Positions 34,914 to 47,299 of a stretch of 64,000 nucleotides of DNA are shown one piece after another. The DNA comes from Squalus acanthias (taxonomy: Eukaryota): positions 2,418,001 through 2,482,000 of the forward strand of contig JASTWF010000034.1 of assembly GCA_030390025.1 (NCBI GenBank), written 5' to 3'. The notes under the pieces were generated by a model. It was not told where the DNA came from, did no database searches, and worked only from the letters and a program-made list of their open reading frames with translations. How positions within the stretch are numbered: position 1 is the first letter of the stretch; every line of letters begins with the position of its first letter. The position numbers and the translations under genes were made by a program.

Positions 34914-36411
34914 CTGTTTCTCTCTCCACGGATGCTGCCTGACCTGCTGAGTGTTTCCAGCATTTTCTGTTTCTATCTTAGACCTTCTTGGATTCTCCAT
35001 TAGTCTGAACCCACATAATACCGTACTATTTCATGCTCTACTGCTATCTGTCTCTCCCTATCTTTTGTGAACCTTGTTTCTCCTTTCTAATGCCACATCC
35101 TGGTGGCCATTCCCCTGGCAGATTAATTTAAACGCTCCCCAACAGCACTAGCAACCACCCCCGCCCGCACCCCTTGAGTATATTGGTTCCGGCTCTGTTG
35201 AGGTGCAACCCGACCGGCCTTTTCAGGTCCCACCTCCCTAAGAACCGGCCCCAATGTCCCAGGAATCTAAAGCCCTCCCTCCTGCACCATATCTCCAGCC
35301 ACACATTTAATTGCTCTATCGTCCTTTTTATATATTCACTAGCTCGTGGCACCTGGAGTAATCTGGAGATTACTACCTTCGAGGTCCTGCTTTATAACCT
35401 CTTTCCTAGCTCCCTATTATCTGCCTACAGGATCACATCCCTCTCTCTACCTGTGTCGATGATGCCAATATGGACCACGACCTCAGTCTGTTCACCATCA
35501 CCCCTCAGAATGTCCTGCAGCCACTCAGTGACATCCTTGACCCTGGCACCAGGGAGGCAACATATCATCCTGGAGTCACGTCTGTGGCTGGAGAAACACC
35601 TGTCTGTTCCTTTAACTATCGAATCTCCTATCACTATTGCTTTTCCGATCTTCCTGCCCCCCCCCCCTACCCCGCCACCCTACAGCTCAGCCACCAGTGT
35701 TGCCGTGGACTTGGCTCTGGCTGTACTCCCCAGAGGAACCATCGAATACTGGATCGAGAGTGAGATGCACTCATGGGGCTGCTGCACTAAATGCGTGGTT
35801 CTCCTTGTCTATCTGACGGTCACACATTCCCTCTCTGCCTGCACACTCTTATGCTGCGGGGTGACCACCTCCTGAAACCTGCTATCCACGGAGCTCTCAG
35901 TCTCACGGATGCACCGCAGTGACGCCAGCTGCTGCTCAAGCTCCGAAACCCGTGGGAAGTGTCCTGGAGTTCCCACATGACACAAGGTGTGCATTCCACG
36001 GCACTGAGGTGCCCTGCCAAGCCTCTATTTAATAGACTACCAACTAACTTAACGGAATTAAACTCAAGACTTCAAAAAAATCACAATCAACATACCATTT
36101 TTTCTTTGCAGCGTCTTCCCTTGTGCTGATGTCACTTACCTCACTCCCTTACACTCGCTCCCAGCTCCGGGTTCTCTGGCCTACCATTATCTCCGGCCTC
36201 TCCTCTCGCTCTCTCCTCCTTCCACTCTGCTCCTAATTCCCAAGCTTTCCAAATTCACAACCTTAGCACTCTGTTTAGACCACTGACAAAATGGATATCC
36301 CCACACTAGTTCTCAGATTTATTCCATACCAGGCCATCAGGATTAAAAAAAAAATGGTCTTAAATGGCGGGATCTGAGAGAATATCCCAGTGATGGAACG
36401 ATGGGACTCGA

Positions 36412-36657
36412 CTAGATTACACTGCTCCCGCCTCAGTCCAGGAATTTCATTCCCAGGGCTGCCTAGATTACACTGCTCCCACCTCAGTCCAGGAATTTCA
36501 TTCCCAGGACAGCCTAGATTACACTGCTCCCACCTCAATCCAGGAATTTCATTCCCAGGGCTGCCTAGATTCCACTGCTCCCGCCTCAATCCAGGAATTT
36601 CATTCCCAGGACTGCCTAGATTACACTGCTCCCACCTCAGTCCAGGAATTTCATTCT
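36412..36657. repeat. 51-bp tandem repeat, ~5 copies
   Basis: ctagattacactgctcccacctcagtccaggaatttcattcccaggactgc. Confidence 0.95.
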
Positions 36658-36989
36658 CAGTTCATTTCTCTATTGCCTGAAAATGGAAGAAGAAGAAGAA
36701 GAAGAAGAGTGACCTTACCCAGACAAACATGTCATCGTGTTTGACCGAGGGGAAGAATAATTAAAAGCAGCAAAGGTTTAATACGAAGGGATCAAAGGAA
36801 AACACTTAAAATATTAACCAATGAGATAAATACCCTGTAAGCACCTCAATATTCCATGAAACTCTCTGGAAACATTAAATTCTCGCATAATCATACTCAC
36901 AGAACCATACCTGTCAATCAACATTCTCAAACCCTCCATCACCATTCCAGGGTCTGCACAGCCCCACCAGAGGTGGGGGCACAGGGGTA

Positions 36990-37510
36990 CACAATCGGGA
37001 GGGAGAAACCCTTTGATTCCACAACATTGCCTGAGTATATAATGAAGTCTGATGGCTTCCAGTCAGACATGGGCAAGGTAACGTCCTGCTGATTACCACC
37101 TACCGCCCTCCCTCAGCTGATGGATCGGCACATCTTCATGATGAACACCAGTTGATGGGAGCACCGAGAGCAGAAAGGGGACAAATTATACTCTGGGTCG
37201 GGAGGGGGAAACTTCAATGTTCATCACCAATAGTGCCTGGGAAGTACCATCATTAACCGAGCCCTGAAGAACACAGCTGCCAGACTGGGATGGCGGCAGG
37301 TGGTGGGAGACCCAAGATGAGAGAAAAGCCTGCTTGACCTCGTCCTCACCAATCTATCTATCGCATATGCATCTGTCCATGACGATATTGGTAGGACTGA
37401 CCACCGCTCAATGTGTGTGGAGAATAAGTCTAGCCTTCACCCTGAGGCCACCCTCCATCATATCATGTGCATCTACCATGGTGATCAATGGAATGAAATT
37501 AGACAGAGTC
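36990..37510 (+). mobile_element. LINE endonuclease-domain fragment
   Basis: Decayed TTYRPPS, GNFNVHHQ..LG, LDLVLTN, DHR motifs. Confidence 0.6.
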
Positions 37511-37651
37511 AAGCTATCCCAACACATCAAATTATTTCAAAGCTTTCATATCCTGTTGTGAATGGTGATGAACAATTGAGCCGTTGCCCCATAGCCCTGA
37601 AAATTTATCCTTTTCAAGGTTGCATCCAATTACCTTTTGGAAATTACATTT

Positions 37652-37990
37652 AAGAAAGGAAGAAAGAATTGAATTGATACGGCGCTTTTCACGATCTTGG
37701 GATGTGCTTTCAAGTCAATGACGTCCTTCCTTTTGAAGTGAAGTCACTGTTGTACTGTCGGAAACTTGGCAGCCAATTTGAGCACAGCAAGCTCCCACAA
37801 ATAGCAATGTGATAATGACCAGATAATCTGCTTTAATGATGTTGATTGAGATAAATATTAGCCAGAACACCGGGGTTAACTCTGCTGCTCTTCTTCAATA
37901 TAATTCCATGGGATCTTTTACGTCCAACTTATAGAACAGACAGTTCTAACGTCTCATCTGAGACATGGCACCGCTGACAGTGCAGTGCTC
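37652..37990 (-). mobile_element. Deu-like SINE, reverse orientation
   Basis: Reverse complement of ~30230-30570. Confidence 0.78.
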
Positions 37991-38298
37991 CCTCAGTACT
38001 GACCCTCTGACAGTGCAGTGCTCCCTCAGGACTGCCCCTCTGACAGTGCACTGCTCCATCAGTACTGCCCCTCTGACAGTGATGCGCTCCCTCAGTACTG
38101 CCCCTCTGACAGAGATGCGCTCCCTCAGTACTGCCCCTCTGACAGTGCAGTGCTCCCTCAGTACTGCCCCTCTGACAGTGATGCGCTCCCTCAGTACTGC
38201 CCCTCTGACAGTGCAGTGCTCCCTCAGTACTGCCCCGCTGACAGAGATGCACTCCCTCAGTACTGCACCTCCAACAATGCAGCACTTTCTCAGTACTG
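37974..38298. repeat. 33-bp minisatellite (ctgacagtgcagtgctccctcagtactgcccct)n, ~10 units
   Basis: Direct tandem repetition. Confidence 0.95.
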
Positions 38299-38301
38299 GC
38301 T

Positions 38302-41300
38302 TGAGTGCAGTTTGTCATGGAGTGCAGCTTGGAACCGACTGTTAAGGTGCGAGTTTGGTGAGTGAGGGAGTTCAGGGAGGAATGTGTTCCTTTCTTTTTC
38401 TCTCTTTGTCAGCTTCCAAGACCCGGTCAGTATTTCTGCAGTCCAGTCGTTAAAGTAAAAGTAAGGTCTCGAGTTTAGAGCAAGTAGTGCTTAAAGGGAA
38501 GTCAGGTCCCTAGTGTATTTAATATTCTTTAATTTAAAGGGAGTAAATTATGGGTAGCACATGGCAGGGCAGCTCGGCAGCGTGGAGTGCTCCTACTGTG
38601 CTATGTTGGAAGTCAGGGACACTTTAGGTGTCCAGGGCGGACACATGTGCAGGAAGTGTCTCCAGCTGCAGCTACGCGAAATCCGCGTTTCGGAGCTGGA
38701 GCTGCGACTGGAGTCACTGTGGAGCATCCGCGAAGCTGAGATCTTCGTGGATAGAACATTTAACGAGGTGGTCACACCGCAGGTAAAGAGTGCACGGGCA
38801 GATAGGAAATAGATGACCCCCAGACAGTGTAAAAGAACTAGGAAGGCAATGCAGGAGTCCCCTGGGTCCATCTCCCTCTCCAACAGATTTTCCGTTTTGG
38901 ATACTGATGGGGGAGATGGTTTCTCAGGGGAATGCAGCAAGAGCCATGTCCGTGGCACTACGAATGGCTCAGCTGTACAGGAGGGGGCGGGGTAAAGAGT
39001 GGGAGAGCAATAGTGACAGGGGATTCTATCGTAAGGGGAACAGATAGATGTTTCTGTGGCTGCAGACGTGACTCCAGGATGGTATGTTGCCTCCCTGGTG
39101 CCAGGTTCAAGGATGTCACTGAACGGCTGCATTGTATTCTGAAGGGGGAGGGCGAACTGTCAGAGGTCGTAATCCACATTGGTACCAACGACATGGGTAG
39201 AAAGAGGGTTGAGGTCCTTCAACAAGAATTTAGGGAGCTAGGTAGCAGATTAAAAAGCAGGACCTCAAAGGTTGTAATCTCTGTATTACTCCCGGTGCCA
39301 CTTGCTAGTGAGTATAGGAATAGGAGGATAGAGCAGATGAATGAGTGGCTAAAGAGTTGGTGCAGGAGGGAGGGCTTTAGTTTCCTGGATCACTGGGTCT
39401 GCTTCTGGGGAAGGTGGGACCTGGACAAGTCGGACGGGATGCACCTCAACCGGAACGGGACCAACATCCTTGCGGGGAGATTTGCTAGTACTGTTGAGGC
39501 GGGGGGGGGCGGGTGTAATCTAACTTGGCAGAGGGATGGGATACGGAGTGGAGCTGTAGTAGGGGGTGATGCACAGCCAAATATAGAGGAAAAAACAAGT
39601 CAGCCTGGAAGTCAGAGCAAATATGTATCGGCACACGGCTGTATGGCATGGCTGGTGACATTTATTTTAATTCAAGGAGTCTTGCGAGTAAGGCAGATGA
39701 ATTGAAGGTGTTGATGAAAACAAGGGAGTATGATATTGTTGCTATCACAGAGACATGGTTGAGGGAGGGGCAGGACTGGTAGCTCAATATTCCGAGGTAT
39801 AGAACCTTCAGGCGCGACAGAGGTGGGTGTAAAAGCGGAGGGCGTGTCGCAATATTAATCAAGGAGACAATTACTGCTTTAACGAGGGATGATATCTTAG
39901 CAGGTTCCTCTAAGGAGGCCATATCGGTAGAACTTAAAAACAAAAAGTGGGCAAGCTCTTTGCTGGGAGTGTACTGTTGGGCCGCAAACAGTCAGGGGGA
40001 GATAGAGGAAAAGATATGTAGGCAAATCTCACAGAAGTGTCGAAATAATAGTTTAATAATAGTAGGGGATTTCAACTTCCCCAATATTAAGTGAGATAGT
40101 CGGAGTGTGAAAGGCTTAGAGGGTGCGGAATTCTTAAAGTGCATCCAGAAGAGCGTTTTGAGCCAGCATGTAGAATGTTCTACCAGACAGGGAGCGGTTC
40201 TGGACCTAATTCGAGGGAATGTAGCTGAGCAACTGGTGGAAGTGTCATTAGGAGAGCATTTTGGTGACAGTGACCATAATTCGTTGAGATTCAAGGTAGT
40301 CATGGAAAAGCAGAAAAATGGACCGGAAATAAAGCTTCTAAATTGGGGGAAGGCCGATTTTAATATGATAAGGCAGGATCAGGCCAAAGTGGACTGGGAT
40401 CAGCTACTTGTAGGAAAATCCACATCAGAGCAGTGGGAGTCTTTCACAAAGTAAATAGAGAGAGTATAACGCCAACATGTTCCCGTAAAGGTCAAAGGTG
40501 GGACCAACAACCCCAGGGAACCCTGGATGTCAAGTGATATACAAGAATGGATTCGGAAAAAAGAGAGGTTTTTGGCAGATACAAAGGAGTAAAAACAGTG
40601 GAAGCCCTAGTGGAGTATAGGAAGTGCACGGGGGTACTTAAAAAGAAATTAGGAAAGTGAAGAGGGGGTATGAAAAAAAACACTGGCGGGTAAAAGAAAG
40701 GAAAATCCCAAGCTGTTTTATAAGTATATTAAGGGCAAGAGGATAACCAGGGAACGAGTAGGGCCTATTACTAGATTGCAGTTTGTCACGGAGTGCAGCT
40801 TGGAACAGAGTGTTAAGCTGCGAGTTTGGTGAGTGAGGGAGTAAATCTTAAAGATTAAACTCTTATTTTTATAAATTCTAGTCTTGTGTGCTTGCAATTA
40901 GCATTTAAATTTACTGTTTCAAGTTTTAAGTTTCTTCCAGGCTTGGGCAGGGCTAAGCAAGCTCTGTGCTGTAGAGCAGGTGAGAGTAATTAATTAATTA
41001 ACTGGTCTAATCTGGTTCTGTAACTGCCAGAGAGATCACTTATTTAAATCTCAGCAGTATAAATAAGCGAGACTAGAGTGCAGTTTGTCACGGAGTGCAG
41101 ATTGGAACAGAGTGTTCAGCTGCGAGTTTGGTGAGTGAGGGAGTGAGGGAGGGAGGTGTTCCTCACTTTTTCAATATTTGTCAGCTTCCTGGTGCGGCGG
41201 CGGACCTGCATGAGGCGAGGTGGCGGCAGAGGGTTTAAAAGGCTCCAGAGACCAGGTAAGGCGGGACCAGTCTCCGAACTCGGAGGGAGGGAGGGAGAGA

Positions 41301-44300
41301 GGTAAAAAATAATCGAGGTGTGACGTCACCAGAAAGCAGGTAAGTAATTGGTTGGTGAGTATTTCTCTCTTTTTAAACTTAAACTCTGTGGTTTATAGTT
41401 TCTAAGGTGTGCTATTCATCAGGCGGGGCAGAGGGTATTTAAAAATATTAATAAATTGAATTAATTACATAGAATGGGAGAACAGGTGATGTGTTACTGC
41501 TGCAATATGTGGGAGCTGGTGGACACCATTGATGCTCACGGTGATCACATTTGCAGTAAGTGTTGGCTGCTCGACGAACTCCGGCTCCGTGTTGATGAGC
41601 TGGAGTCCGAGCTTCAAACACTGCGACATATCAGGGAGGGGGAGAGTTACCTGGACTCTGTGTTCCAGGAAGTAGTCACACAAATTAGATTAACTAATTC
41701 AGATGTCGTCCGGGGCCAGGGACAGAAGGGTGTGACTATGAGTGAGGCAGGTACGGGGATCCAGGAGGTAGTGTTGGAGGAGCCACACCCGTTGCTCTTT
41801 TCCAACAGGTTCGAGGCTCTTACTCCCTGAGAGGACGGGAGCAGGGACTGCAGGGAGGATGAGCAACCTGGCCACAGCACCGTGGAACGGGGGGCCATTC
41901 AAGTGGGGGGGAGTAAAAAGAAATGTTGTAGTGGTAGGGGATAGTATCATAAGGGGGATAGATAGGGTTCTTTGCAGCCGAGAGCAAGAGTCCCGAAGGT
42001 TGTGTTGCCTGCCCGGTGCCAGGTTTAAGGACATCTCCTCTGGGCTGGAGAGAAACTTGGAGTGGGAGGAAGAGGATCCAGTTGTCGTGGTCCATGTTGG
42101 TACCAACGACATAGATAGGACAAGGAAAGAGGTTCTGCCGAGGGAGTATGAGCAGCTAGGGGCCAAATTAAATAGCAGAACCACAATGGTAATAATCTAT
42201 GGATTCCTACCTGAGCCACGAGCAAATTTGGCTAGGGTAAATAAAATCAGAGAGTTAAATGCGTGGCTCAAAGACTGGTGTGGGATAAATGGGTTTTGCT
42301 CCTTGGGACATTGGCACCAGTACTGGGACGGGAGAGAGCTGTTCCGTTGGGACGGACTTCACTTGGCCAGTGCTGGGACTAGAGTCCTGGCGAATCGAAT
42401 AACTAGGGCTGTAGAGAGGGCTTTAAACTAATTAGTGGGGAGGAGGTTTCAAAAGGGCGAAGAATAAAAATGTCAGCGGAGAAGGCAATAGAGCAAATTA
42501 GCAGTGGGTAAATTAAAAACCAGAGCGTATCAGGAAGGGACGGAATATATAAAGATAAAGGTGAAGTAGTAAAGGGGGTAAAAGCAGGAATAAATTGTCA
42601 CAAAACATGTTTAAAAATTCTTTATCTGAATGCACGCATCATTCGTAAAAAAATAGACGAGTTGACGGTACAAATAACTACACATGGGTATGATCTGGTG
42701 GCCATTACGGAAACATGGCTGCGAGGTGACCATGACTGGGAACTAAACATCCAGGGGTATTTGACTATTAGGAAGGACAAACAGGACGGAAAGGGATCTG
42801 GTTGGCTATGTTAATAAAGGATGGAATCACTGCAATAGTGAGAAATGATATTGGGTCAAAGGATCAGGATAGTGAAACAGTTTGGGTGGAGATAAGGAAT
42901 AATAAGGGGAAAAAGTCACTAATGGGCGTAGTCTATAGGCCTCCTAACATTTGTAACTCTATTGTTCGGGGTATAAATCAGGAAATAGTTGGGGCTTGTA
43001 ATAAGGGAACAGCTACAATCATGGGAGATTTTAACTTTCATATTGACTGGACAAATCAAATTGGGCAGGGCAGCCTTGAGGAAGAGTTCATAGTGTGCAT
43101 TAGGGACGGGTTCCTTGAGCAGTATATTACTGAATCAACCAGGGGGCAGGCAATCTTAGATCTGGTCCTGTGCAATGAGACAGGATTAATAAAAAATGTC
43201 CTCGTAAAGGATTCCCTTGGAATGAGTGACCATAACATGGTTGAATTCCAAATTCAGTTGGAGGGTGAGGGAGTTGGATCTCAAACCAGCGTACTAAGCT
43301 TAAATAAAGGAAAGCATGAAGGTATGAGAGCAGAGTTGACTAAAGTGGACTGGAAAAATAGATTAAGGTGTAAGACGGTACAGGAGCAGTGGTGTACATT
43401 TAAGGAGGTATTTCACAACTATCAAGAAAAATATATTCCACTGAGGAAAAAGGGGCGTAAAAGAAAAGACAGCCATCCGTGGCTAAGAAAAGTAATAAAG
43501 TTTGTATCCGACTGAAAACAAGGGCATATAAAGTAGCCAAATCTAGTGGGAGGATAGAAGATTGGGAAGCATTTAAAAGCCAGCAAAGAATAACTAAAAG
43601 ATTAATTAAGAAGGGGAAGATAGATTATGAAAGTAAACTAGCAAAAAATAAAAAACAGAGAGCAAGAGTTTCTACAGTTATATAAAAATAAAAAGGGTGG
43701 CTAAAGTGAATGTTGGTCCCTTAGAGGACGAGACCAGGAAATTAGTAATGGGGAACACGGAGATGGCAAATACGCTGAACAAATATTTTGTATCAGTCTT
43801 TACAGTCGAGGATACTAAAAATATCCCAACACTGGACAAACGAGCGGCTATAAGGGGGAGGAGCTAAACACGACTAAAATCACTAAGGATATGGTACTCG
43901 GTAAGATAATGGGACTGAAGGCGGATAAATCCCCTGGACCTGATGGCTTACATCCTAGGGTCTTGACAGAAGCAACGGTAGGGATTGCGCATGCATTCGT
44001 GGTAATTTTCCAAAACTCCCTGGATTCGGGAAAGGTCCCGGCAGAGTGGAAAACTGCTAATTTAACGCCCTTATTTAAAAAGGGAGGTAGACAAAAGGCT
44101 GGAAACTATAGTCCAGTTAACCTAACATCTGTGGTTGATAAAATGTTGGAGTCCATTATTAAGGAAGCAGTAACAGGACATTTGGATAAGCATAACTTAA
44201 TCGGACAGAGTCAGCATGGTTTTATGAAGGGGAAATCATGCTTGACAAATTTGCTCGAATTCTTTGAGGACGTAACAAACAGGGTGGATAAAGGGGAACC

Positions 44301-47295
44301 AGTGGATGTGGTATATTTGGACTTCCAAAAGGCATTTGATAAGGTGCCACACAAAAGATTACTGCACAAGATAAAGAATCACGGGATTGGGGGTAATATA
44401 CTGGCATGGGTGGAAGATTGGCTATCTAACAGAAGGCAGAGAGTTGGGATAAATGGTTAATTCTCGGGTTGGCAATCAGTAACTAGTGGTTTTCCGCAAG
44501 GGTCAGTGCTGTGTCCCCAACTCTTTACAATCTATATTAACGATTTGGAGGAGGGGACCAAGTGCAACGTATCCAAGTTTGCTGACGATAAAAAGATGGG
44601 AGGGAAAGCAGTGAGTGAAGAGGACATAAAAATCCTGTAAAAAGGACATAGACAGGCTAAGTGACTGTGTGGAAATTTGGCAGTTGGAATATAATATTGG
44701 AAAGTCTGAGGTTATGCACTTTGGCAGAAAAAAATCAAAGAGCAAGTTATTATCTAAATGGAAAGAAACTGCAAAGTGCTACAGTACAAAGGAATCTGGG
44801 GGTCCTGGTGCATGAAACACAGAAGGTTAGTATGCAGGTACAGCAGGCGATCAGGAAGGTCAATGGAATCTTGGCTTTTATTGCAAGGGGGATGGAGTAT
44901 AAAAGCAGGGAAGTCTTGCTTCAGTTACACAAGGTACTGGTGAGGCCACACCTGGAATACTGCGTACAGTTTTGGTTTCCATATTTAAGAAAATATATAC
45001 TTGCTCTCCGGGCAGTTCAGAGAAGGTTCACTCGGCTGATTCCGGAGATGAGGGGCTTGACTTATGAGGAAAGGTTGAGTAGGTTGGGCCTCTACTCATT
45101 GGAATTCAGAAGAATGAGAGGCGATCTTATCGAAACGTACAAGATTGTGAGGGGGCTTGATCGGGTGGAGGCGGGTTGGATGTTTCCACTGCTGGGTGAG
45201 ACTAGAACTAGGGGGGCATAATTTTAGAATAAGGGGCTGCCGTTTCAAAACTGAGATGAGGAGAAACTTCTTCACTCAGAGCGTAGTAAATCTATGGAAT
45301 TTGATACCTCAGAGAGCTGTGGAAGCTACGGCATTAAATAAATTTAAAACGGAGATAGACAGTTTCCTAGCTGATAAGGGAATTAAGGGTTATGGGGAGC
45401 GGGCAGGGAAGTGGACGTGAGTCCAGGTTCGGATCAGCCATGATCCCATTGAATGATGGAGCAGGCCCGAGGGGCCATATGGCCTACTCCTGCTCCTACT
45501 TCTTATGTTCTTATGTATTAGGGGCCAAAGTGGTAATCTGTGTGCAGAGCCGGAAGATACAGGTGAGGTTTTAAATGAATATTTTGCATCTGTGTTCACT
45601 ATTGAAAAGGACGATGTAGACATATAAATCAGGCAGGGCGATTGTGATATACTTGAACAAATTAGCATTGAGAGGGAGGAGGTACTAGCGGTTTTAGCGA
45701 GCTTAAAAGTGGATAAATCCCCAGGCCCAGACGAGATGTATCCCAGGCTGCAGTGTGAGGCAAGGGAGGAGATTACAGGAGCTCTGACACAAATTTTCAG
45801 AGCCTCTCTGGCCACAGGGGAGGTGCCAGAGGACTGGAGAACAGCTAACGGAGTACCATTATTCAAGAAGGTTAGTAGGGATAAACCAGGTAATTACAGG
45901 CCATTGAGCCTAACATCAGTGGTCGGGAAATTATTGGAAAAAATTCTGAGGGACAGAATTAGTCTACACTTGGAAGGGCACGGATTTATCAAGAATAGTA
46001 AGCATGGCTTTTTAAGGGAGAGATCATTTCTAACAAAATTGTTTGAATTTTTCGAGGGGGTGAATAGGTTTGTGGATGAGGGTAGTGCAGTTGATGCAGT
46101 CTACATGGACTTCAGTAAGGCTTTTTGACAACATCCCACATGGGAGACTGGTCAAGAAGGTAAGAGACCATGGATTCCAGGGCAATTTGGCACATTGGAT
46201 CCAAAATTGGTTTCGTGGCAGGAGGCAGAGGGTGATGGTCGAAGGTTGTTTTTGTGACTTGAAGCCTGTGTTCAGTGGTGTACCGCAGGGATCGGTGCTG
46301 GGTCCTTTGCTGTTTTTATTGTACATTAATGATTTAGATATGAATGTAGGAGGTATGATCAGTAATTTCGCAGCTGACACGAAAATTGGTGGGGTGGTAA
46401 ATAGTGAGGAGGGAAGCCTCAGATTACAGGACGATATAGACGGGTTGGTTAGATGGGCAGAAGAGTGGCAAATGGAATTTAACCTTGAAAAGTGTGAGGT
46501 GATGCATTTTGGGAGGACTAACAAGGCAAGGGAATACACAATGAATGGTCGGACCCTAGGAAGGACAGAGGATCAGAGGGACCTTGGTGTGCATGTACAT
46601 AGATCCCTGTAGGCAGCAGGACAGGTAGACAAGGTGGTTAAAAAGGCATATGGGATACTTGCCTTCATTAGCCGAGGCAAAGAATATAAGAGCAGGGAAG
46701 TTATGATGGAGATGTACAAAATGCTAGTTCAGCCACAGCTGGAATACTGAGTGCAGTTCTGGTCGCCACACTATAGGAAGGATGTGATTGCATTAGAGAG
46801 GGTGCAGAGGAGATTCACCAGGATGTTACCTGGGCTGGAGCGCTTCAGCTATGAAGAGAGACTGGACAGGCTGGGGTTGTTTTCCTTAGAGCAGAAAATG
46901 CTGAGGGGGGACCTGATTGATGTGTACAAAATTATGAGGGGCATAGATAGGGTTGATAGAAATAATTTTTCCCCTTAGTAGAGGGGTCATTAACCAGGGA
47001 GCCTAGTTTCAAGGTAAGGGGCAGGAGGTTTAGAGGGGATTTGAGGAAAATCTTTTTCACCCGAGAGTGTGGTTGGAATCTGGAGCTCACTTCCTGAAAC
47101 GGTGGTAGAGGCTTGAACCATCAATAATGAATAAGCATTGAGATGAGCACTTGAAATGCCATAGCATACAAGGCTACGGACCAAGTGCTGGAAAATGGGA
47201 ATAGAATATATAGGGCTTGATGGCCGGCGCGGACACAATGGGCCGCAGGGCCTCTTTCTGTGCTGTATAACTATGACTATCGATGACTCTATGAC
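38302..47295 (+). mobile_element. Full-length decayed CR1 (5' UTR, ORF1 38561-39530, ORF2 39660-40770 + 45516-47200), split by a nested CR1
   Basis: ORF1 CxxC..CxxC-zipper + GDSIVRG/HIGTND/DGMH; ORF2 closely similar to 8995-11419; tail ctatgactatcgatgactctatgac. Confidence 0.88.
40771..45515 (+). mobile_element. Full-length CR1 nested in CR1 (ORF1 41474-42431, ORF2 ~42600-45420, both disrupted)
   Basis: TATTA duplicated at 40766-40770 and 45516-45520; ORF1 zinc finger + SGNH esterase; EN and RT motifs; ttcttatg tail. Confidence 0.92.
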
Positions 47296-47299
47296 AGCG

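Larger units (their letters stand above)
34230..34975. mobile_element. Penelope-like element remnant with ~260-bp inverted terminal repeats
   Basis: 34262-34513 is the reverse complement of ~34722-34972; each arm carries a hammerhead motif. Confidence 0.8.
30578..36060 (-). mobile_element. Near full-length decayed CR1 (ORF1 esterase ~35130-36020; ORF2 ~30750-34200) carrying nested insertions
   Basis: IGDSIVKG..CLPGARVKD..VVHIG (SGNH-type ORF1), RT ORF 30919-31719, tail ttctatga at ~30580. Confidence 0.88.
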
